From contig NZ_CP011041.1 in NCBI RefSeq assembly GCF_002310835.1, positions 1,050,001-1,082,000 on the forward strand: a stretch of DNA of 32,000 bases. Direction: 5' to 3'. Shown piece by piece: positions 26,566 through 32,000 of this stretch. The notes below the pieces were generated by a model. That model saw only the letters and a program-made list of their open reading frames with translations. It was not told where the DNA came from and made no database searches. Source of the DNA: Pseudoalteromonas tetraodonis (GTDB lineage: Bacteria > Pseudomonadota > Gammaproteobacteria > Enterobacterales > Alteromonadaceae). The stretch's first letter is position 1. Each line of letters opens with the position of its first letter. Position numbers and translations under genes: made by a program.

Positions 26566-27494
26566 TGGAAATATTATTAGCTAATCCACGAGGCTTTTGC
26601 GCCGGTGTTGACCGCGCAATTAGCATTGTTGAGCGCGCTTTAGATATTTTTGAAAAACCAATCTATGTGCGCCATGAAGTGGTACACAATCGTTATGTGG
26701 TTGATGGCTTAAAAAATCGCGGCGCTGTGTTTGTTGAAGAGCTTGATCAGGTACCGGATGACAGTATTGTTATATTTAGTGCTCATGGTGTATCACAGGC
26801 TGTACGCAGTGAAGCAAAACGCCGTGAGCTTAAAGTATTTGATGCAACCTGCCCGTTAGTGACTAAAGTGCATATGGAAGTTACCCGTGCCAGCAGAAAA
26901 GGCATTGAATGCATTTTAATTGGTCACCATGGACACCCCGAGGTTGAGGGCACTATGGGTCAATACGACAATCAACAAGGTGGCATTTACCTAGTTGAAA
27001 CCGTTGATGACGTGTTAAAGCTTGATGTTAAGAATGCAGATAACCTTTTTTATTGCAGCCAAACAACCTTGTCGGTAGATGATACTGCGGATGTGATTGA
27101 TGCTTTACGCAGCAAGTTTCCTGCTATTGATGGTCCGCGTAAAGATGATATTTGTTATGCAACTCAAAACCGTCAAGATGCAGTACGTGACTTAGCAGAC
27201 AAAGTCGATGTGCTATTGGTTGTAGGCGCTAAAAATAGCTCTAACTCCAATCGTTTACGAGAACTAGCTGATAAAATGGGTACGCGTGCGTACTTAATTG
27301 ACGATGCCAGCAATGTTGAAGCGTCATGGTTTGATGGTATCAATAGTGTGGGGGTTACCGCAGGCGCCTCAGCACCTGAAGTGCTAGTGCAGCAAGTGAT
27401 TACCCGCTTAAAAGAGCTCGGTGGTAACCAAGTAACAGAAAATCCTGGTGAAGAAGAAAACATTGTTTTTGCTGTACCAGTAGAGCTGCGTTAA
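26565..27494 (+). CDS. ispH: 4-hydroxy-3-methylbut-2-enyl diphosphate reductase
   Basis: 309 aa. N-terminus [19 protein letters not shown]. The three cluster-ligand Cys contexts are FCAGV, ATCPLV and ICYAT. TAATG overlap with fkpB. Confidence 0.95.
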   Translation: MEILLANPRGFCAGVDRAISIVERALDIFEKPIYVRHEVVHNRYVVDGLKNRGAVFVEELDQVPDDSIVIFSAHGVSQAVRSEAKRRELKVFDATCPLVTKVHMEVTRASRKGIECILIGHHGHPEVEGTMGQYDNQQGGIYLVETVDDVLKLDVKNADNLFYCSQTTLSVDDTADVIDALRSKFPAIDGPRKDDICYATQNRQDAVRDLADKVDVLLVVGAKNSSNSNRLRELADKMGTRAYLIDDASNVEASWFDGINSVGVTAGASAPEVLVQQVITRLKELGGNQVTENPGEEENIVFAVPVELR

Positions 27495-27524
27495 TTTAGA
27501 GATAAATCATAAAAGGAGGGTCGA

Positions 27525-28559
27525 ATGGGTAAGCAACTGTCACCAGATGCGTTACTTTTTTCGGCCCTTTTTAATGAGCGTGGTGTGCTTGCATCCCTCG
27601 TAGTAACACAGGTTGTGGCTATTATATTAGCTTTTGCTCCTAATGCTGGCGATGACATATGGCTGCATTTGGGGGCGATCAGTTTGTTTCTCCATGTAAC
27701 TGTGCTGGTCAGTACCTCTTTTTTATATCTTTGTCGTCGATTACTCGCAAAACAGACTCAGTTTATTCAGATCAGTTTTTTTATTGCTTCATATAGTCTC
27801 AGTACTGCTGTATTTAGTCTGGTGTTTTCTCATATTGCTTTTGATATTGAAAACGAAAAACAACTGACGTTTTTTGTGCTGCGTAATTGCATTATTGTAT
27901 TTTTGCTTACCTTACTGTTTGTACAATTTTTGCTTATTCATTTTGAAAAAGAGCAGCAAACCAAAGCACTTTCTCGTGCAGAACTTGATGCTTTGCAGGC
28001 ACGGATCCGACCCCACTTTTTATATAATAGCTTGAATACGGCGGCAGAATTAACGCATCATGACGTTGAGGCTGCAGAGCATGCAATTTTAGCACTAGCA
28101 GCGCTGTCTCAAGCTGCAATGCGTTCAGGTCAAAGTGTATTACTCAGTGATGAAATAACATTAACTAAACAGTATATTGCGCTTGAATCATGGCGCTTTG
28201 CAGAGCGCTTAAAGGTTGAGTGGTTATTACCAGAACATCTCCCTGCGCTCTATATTCCATATCTAACATTACAACCTTTGGTAGAGAACGCAGTATGTCA
28301 TGGCATTGAGCCAAGCCAAAGTGGTGCTACTATAAGTATTGAACTGCATGTGACAACACATTATTTAACCTTAATTGTAACTAATCCTGTACCTACTGAA
28401 ACTGAAAATACTAGAGAGCATAACGGTATGGCTCTTGATAATATTCGTTCTCGTTTAAGTATTTATTATAAAGGTCGGGCGCAACTGACAATAACCAACA
28501 AAGATAATCAATTTAGAGTCAAAGTAGTCATCCCAAAACAAGCAGAGAATACGTTATGA
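27525..28559 (+). CDS. LytS-type sensor histidine kinase (FimS/AlgZ-like)
   Basis: 344 aa. The N-terminal half has about 4-5 TM segments. It then has the His_kinase (PF06580-type) H-box RIRPHFLYNSLNT and an HATPase N-box LQPLVENAVCHGIE. GGAGGG SD. ATGA overlap with the downstream regulator. Confidence 0.75.
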   Translation: MGKQLSPDALLFSALFNERGVLASLVVTQVVAIILAFAPNAGDDIWLHLGAISLFLHVTVLVSTSFLYLCRRLLAKQTQFIQISFFIASYSLSTAVFSLVFSHIAFDIENEKQLTFFVLRNCIIVFLLTLLFVQFLLIHFEKEQQTKALSRAELDALQARIRPHFLYNSLNTAAELTHHDVEAAEHAILALAALSQAAMRSGQSVLLSDEITLTKQYIALESWRFAERLKVEWLLPEHLPALYIPYLTLQPLVENAVCHGIEPSQSGATISIELHVTTHYLTLIVTNPVPTETENTREHNGMALDNIRSRLSIYYKGRAQLTITNKDNQFRVKVVIPKQAENTL

Positions 28560-29260
28560 ATGTATTGATTGTAGATGATGAACCCTTAGCAAGGGCACGA
28601 TTGAAGCGTTTACTCGCTGAGAACCATACATCCATTCATGTGCAAGGAGAGGCTAGTAATGGCAACGACGCTTTAACACAAATGAAAAAGCAGCAGCCTG
28701 ATTTAGTGTTTTTAGATATTGATATGCCAGGCTTAAATGGCATCGAAGTGGCCAATCAACTCAATGATCTAGCGGTACCTCCGGCGATTATTTTTATAAC
28801 CGCTCATCCTGAGCATGCACTTGATGCGATGCAGTTAAATGCAGCCGGATATTTGGTAAAACCTATATCAGAAAAAAGTTTGCAACATGCATTACAACAG
28901 CTAGGACGTTTAAACAGAGTACACCTGCAACAACAACAAACAGAAAAAATAACCTATCAATTAGCAGGCACCGTAAGAAGTATAAAAATAGAAAATGTTT
29001 TTTATTTTTATGCACAGGAAAAGTATACCAAAGTTGTGTTCGATGGTGGGGAGGCTCTAATTGAAGACAGTTTAAAGCAACTTGAAATGCAATATCCTCG
29101 TCACATATTGCGAATTCATCGAAATACCTTAGTGAATAAAAATAAAATTTTGGCACTCCATACACTTAAAAACCATCAACATGTTATTGAACTCAAAGGG
29201 TGTTCACCTTTTTTAGCTGTTAGTCGTCGAGCGCTCAAAAGCGTAAAAAGCGTACTTTAG
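28556..29260 (+). CDS. algR: LytTR-family response regulator (AlgR-like)
   Basis: 234 aa with a receiver domain (LIVDDEPLAR...VFLDIDMPGLNG...LVKP) and a C-terminal LytTR DNA-binding domain (IENVFYFYAQEKYTKVV...LRIHRNTLVN). Confidence 0.7.
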   Translation: MNVLIVDDEPLARARLKRLLAENHTSIHVQGEASNGNDALTQMKKQQPDLVFLDIDMPGLNGIEVANQLNDLAVPPAIIFITAHPEHALDAMQLNAAGYLVKPISEKSLQHALQQLGRLNRVHLQQQQTEKITYQLAGTVRSIKIENVFYFYAQEKYTKVVFDGGEALIEDSLKQLEMQYPRHILRIHRNTLVNKNKILALHTLKNHQHVIELKGCSPFLAVSRRALKSVKSVL

Positions 29261-29296
29261 CACACCGACCTATTAACCGCTTATCAACATAATTAA

Positions 29297-29305
29297 CCGT
29301 TGGTC
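29297..29305 (+). promoter_or_regulatory. Candidate AlgR-type binding site upstream of pilV
   Basis: CCGTTGGTC matches 8/9 positions of the P. aeruginosa AlgR core CCGTTCGTC. It lies 70 bp upstream of the pilV ATG. A 9-mer match of this quality can occur by chance. Confidence 0.25.
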
Positions 29306-29374
29306 GTGGTCCTAGTTGAATCTATTTTTTTATTGCATACACTTAGTATCAGATAATTATTATTTGGTTTTACT

Positions 29375-29935
29375 ATGTCTTTGAGCACGTTTAAATTGCA
29401 AAAAGGTTTTACCCTTATTGAGGTCCTGATTGCGTTTATTATTCTTAGCTTTGGTTTATTAGGGGCCGTTGCCTTACAAGCTAAAGCTAAGCAAGCTAGT
29501 TTTGACTCAATGCAACGTGCCGCTGCTGTTGCGCTTGGTAATGATATTATTCAACGAATACGGGCTAATGACACACCGCAACTAGCTACATTATACGACC
29601 TTGAGTTTACCAGCGAGACAAGTATTAATTCCTCTACAACCTGTTTTACAAGTTCATGCAGTAATGCACAAATTGCGAGTTTAGATATAGAGCAGTGGAA
29701 GCGTGCTATTCGTGCCCGCGAAAATACGGGATCACTTGATGGTGCCACCGTATGTATTAATCCAGAGTCGGTAGCAGGCTCTGGCGGTAAGGCGTTTAAT
29801 ATTGAGGTCATTGTTTCTTGGCAGGGTCGTCAAGAATTTAAGGCGAGTGAAGCAACAGGCAAAATTAGCTGTGGTGTAGCAGATAAAAGGCGCCGTTTAG
29901 TTGTACTTACTAGCTACATTTACGTTAGGAGCTAA
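29375..29935 (+). CDS. pilV: Type IV pilus minor pilin PilV
   Basis: 186 aa with the prepilin N-terminus KGFTLIEVLIAFIILSFGLLGAVALQ, which is PilV-typical (methylation motif G/FTLIE). Confidence 0.8.
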   Translation: MSLSTFKLQKGFTLIEVLIAFIILSFGLLGAVALQAKAKQASFDSMQRAAAVALGNDIIQRIRANDTPQLATLYDLEFTSETSINSSTTCFTSSCSNAQIASLDIEQWKRAIRARENTGSLDGATVCINPESVAGSGGKAFNIEVIVSWQGRQEFKASEATGKISCGVADKRRRLVVLTSYIYVRS

Positions 29936-29936
29936 G

Positions 29937-30935
29937 ATGAAGCAAGCTGGTTTTACACTCATTGAAATGATGATCTCTTTATTTATAGGGGGATTAATTT
30001 TGGGTGGCGTAATGTTTACCTATATTGGTATGAAAGTGACGACCCGCGATACGATGACAATAGGTGAGCTGCAAGAGTCTGGTCGATTAGCCATTAATAT
30101 TATGCAACGCGATATAGAACAAGTAGGCTTTTGGGGAACATTTTATGATGATTCGTTTACTGCAATAAATACATCATCATTAACAAATCCTACAGGTGAT
30201 TGCTTCGAAGGTCTCAACAATGGCAGCTTTCCTGATTTAACCAGCAGCAGTAATTTTAAAACCCTTTATGCAAAAACAGCGGCAAGTTCAAGTGAACTTA
30301 ATTGTGTTAATAACCCTTTAGCGGGTACTGATATTTTACAGGTTAAGTTTTTACAAGGTCACCAACTAGAAGTTGATGCCGCAGGTGTTAATGAAACGCA
30401 AAGTGATGAGAATTACTTTATTGCTGAGCAAGAAAATGCACGCTTTGTTCGAGGTGTTATCGACCCTGATAGTTTAAATGTTAATGCCAGTGTTTGGCCT
30501 TACAGCCATCATAGTTATTATATTGCTGAGCAAACTTATACAGTCAATAATAAAAGTATTACTGTACCCGCACTCATGCGAAAACGTTTAGTAGCTGGTT
30601 CTATGAATACAGAAACTATAATGGAAGGCGTGGAGAATATGCGTTTTGTGTTTGGTTTAGATACCACCACCGACAGTCGCGTGGATACCTATAAAAGCAT
30701 TAATAACATGACAGCCACAGACTGGGAAAACCGCAAAGGTATTTTAACGGTACAAGTTTTTTTATTGATTAGAGCACTGCAACCTGATCCAGGTATTACA
30801 CTCAAAAACCAAACCTATGTATTAGGGGAAGATGCTAATAAACGCACCCTTACTTTTTCAGATAACTTTAGACGTACTGTATTCACAACAACTATCCGTT
30901 TAAATAACGTGGGAGCAAATTTATGGCGTATTTAA
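29937..30935 (+). CDS. pilW: Type IV pilus minor pilin / assembly protein PilW
   Basis: I prefer ATG 29937 (MKQAGFTLIEMMISLFIGGLILGGV), preceded by AGGAG, 1 nt after the pilV stop. The ORF track start at 29901 would overlap pilV. About 332 aa, typical of PilW. Confidence 0.8.
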   Translation: MKQAGFTLIEMMISLFIGGLILGGVMFTYIGMKVTTRDTMTIGELQESGRLAINIMQRDIEQVGFWGTFYDDSFTAINTSSLTNPTGDCFEGLNNGSFPDLTSSSNFKTLYAKTAASSSELNCVNNPLAGTDILQVKFLQGHQLEVDAAGVNETQSDENYFIAEQENARFVRGVIDPDSLNVNASVWPYSHHSYYIAEQTYTVNNKSITVPALMRKRLVAGSMNTETIMEGVENMRFVFGLDTTTDSRVDTYKSINNMTATDWENRKGILTVQVFLLIRALQPDPGITLKNQTYVLGEDANKRTLTFSDNFRRTVFTTTIRLNNVGANLWRI

Positions 30936-31426
30936 TCCCGATGAAAAATAAACAGCAAGGTGTGGTGCTTATCACTGCACTAATAATGGTCATAGCCGTT
31001 ACAGGTATTGCAGTGACGTTAATGAGTAGCAGTAGTATAGATATTAAAATTACTAATTCAGCACAAGAGCGAGAAGTTGCCGAAAATGAACTTATCGGCG
31101 AAGTGCAGCGCATGATTGCCGATGAAGCGAGCAATGGTGCAACAAATCAATTTTTTTTAACGCCAGAGGAAGTAACTACCATGGCGTCTGGCAATGAAAA
31201 AGGCATGGTTATAGCCGAACATAATGATATGCAAAGTAGAATGATTAACTTAAATAAAGGCGTGCTTGATTTAGAATGTCCTCGTCGTTTTAGTTTTACA
31301 GCTGGGATCTCATGCAACATGGTACAAGTTTCAACAACTATTGAGTATGGCTCTAAAAGTAAGCACCAACTAACAATTGTGACAGGCGTAGCCCAAGAGA
31401 TGGCTAGCCTAAGCAAGGGGATTTAA
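30923..31426 (+). CDS. pilX: Type IV pilus minor pilin PilX-like
   Basis: 167 aa with a PilX_N-like hydrophobic N-terminus QQGVVLITALIMVIAVTGIAVTLM. An alternative start at ATG 30941 lies 6 nt after the pilW stop. The position in the operon fits pilX. Confidence 0.65.
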   Translation: MAYLIPMKNKQQGVVLITALIMVIAVTGIAVTLMSSSSIDIKITNSAQEREVAENELIGEVQRMIADEASNGATNQFFLTPEEVTTMASGNEKGMVIAEHNDMQSRMINLNKGVLDLECPRRFSFTAGISCNMVQVSTTIEYGSKSKHQLTIVTGVAQEMASLSKGI

Positions 31427-31427
31427 A

Positions 31428-32000
31428 ATGAAACTGATACTAAATAAAGCACTCATTTCTTTAATAGGAATAATGCTTAGCATGTCAGCAGGCGCTGAAG
31501 ATATAGAGCTGTATGTTAATCATAATGTACAAACCAATGAAAAGCCTCGCGTAATCATGATTTTTGATACATCGGGAAGTATGGCATGGGATGTAAATGA
31601 TGGTGATGCCTGTTATAAAAGAAGCGGTAATAGTTATTACGAGGTTGATTGCTTTGAAAGTAAAGACAGTTATAAACGAAATGAGCAATGTTATAAAAGA
31701 ACTAGTTACTACAATTATGAACCCACATGTAGTGATAGCCGCTTAAGAGTTGCGCAAAATGCTATCACCCAATTAGTGAACGATAACGATGATATTGAAT
31801 TTGGTTTAATGCGCTTTAATGGTAGTAATGGTGGGTATGTTTTAGCCAGAGTAGGGGCTGAAAAGTCATTTTTACTAAATAAAGTAGAAGAGTTACCTGC
31901 AAGTGGTTCAACTCCATTAACAGAAACACTCTGGGAAGCCTACCTGTATATCACGGGACAAAACGTATATTACGGGGGAAATACTAATGAACGAGATTTT
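31428..32000 (+). CDS. pilY1: PilY1-like pilus tip adhesin, N-terminal vWA region (partial; continues beyond the window)
   Basis: Hand translation from ATG 31428 gives MKLILNKALISLIGIMLSMSAGAEDIELYV...PRVIMIFDTSGSMAWD...LMRFNGSNGGYVL...LPASGSTPLTETLWEAY. It has a signal peptide, a vWA MIDAS DxSxS motif and a downstream T motif. The frame is open to position 32000, which is why it is absent from the closed-ORF track. Confidence 0.7.
   Translation, partial: MKLILNKALISLIGIMLSMSAGAEDIELYVNHNVQTNEKPRVIMIFDTSGSMAWDVNDGDACYKRSGNSYYEVDCFESKDSYKRNEQCYKRTSYYNYEPTCSDSRLRVAQNAITQLVNDNDDIEFGLMRFNGSNGGYVLARVGAEKSFLLNKVEELPASGSTPLTETLWEAYLYITGQNVYYGGNTNERDF

Noticed and set aside
1-32000. Scan for CRISPR arrays, IS elements or transposases, integrases, prophage genes, toxin-antitoxin pairs, restriction-modification or other defence cassettes, and rRNA/tRNA genes.
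   Set aside because: No spaced direct-repeat array is present, and no ORF has DDE/HUH/tyrosine-recombinase-like motifs or typical defence domains that I can recognise. Every large ORF is accounted for by a conserved housekeeping, envelope or pilus function.

Overview
The window is an AT-rich chromosomal segment (about 40% GC by eye) from a gammaproteobacterium. Gene content and protein sequences look Alteromonadales/Pseudoalteromonas-like; that is inference, since no searches were possible. About 33 protein-coding genes are supported, and nearly all are conserved housekeeping or envelope genes. In order they are: a partial Bcr/CflA-type MFS transporter; a hotdog-fold protein; a translationally coupled M23 peptidase + bactofilin pair; tyrosine-catabolism genes fahA and hppD (no hmgA or maiA); a POT peptide transporter; tyrR; a thioesterase; ompW; a MATE exporter; dapE; a two-domain OlsF-like acyltransferase; a 2-hydroxyacid dehydrogenase; smrB; two small membrane proteins; and an orphan CheY-type receiver. 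Next comes the conserved block rpsT | murJ-ribF-ileS-lspA-fkpB-ispH. It is followed directly by a FimS/AlgR-like LytS/LytTR two-component pair and a minor-pilin operon, pilV-pilW-pilX-pilY1, where pilY1 runs off the 3' end. I found no rRNA, tRNA, CRISPR array, transposase, integrase or recognisable defence gene, and I do not see a convincing multi-gene novel system. The least explained object is a 265-bp, GC-richer, highly self-complementary non-coding element at 17956-18220. It has perfect 17-bp terminal inverted repeats, sits in the smrB promoter/leader position, and has a partial third repeat copy at 17098-17131. Secondary items are the OlsF-like aminolipid synthase candidate, a signal-peptide-only mini-ORF with its own terminator, two unusually long non-coding gaps (540 and 742 bp) around hppD/tyrR, and a Cys-loop tandem insert in the PilY1 vWA domain. 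All protein calls rest on motif and family recognition from the supplied translations, not on database searches.
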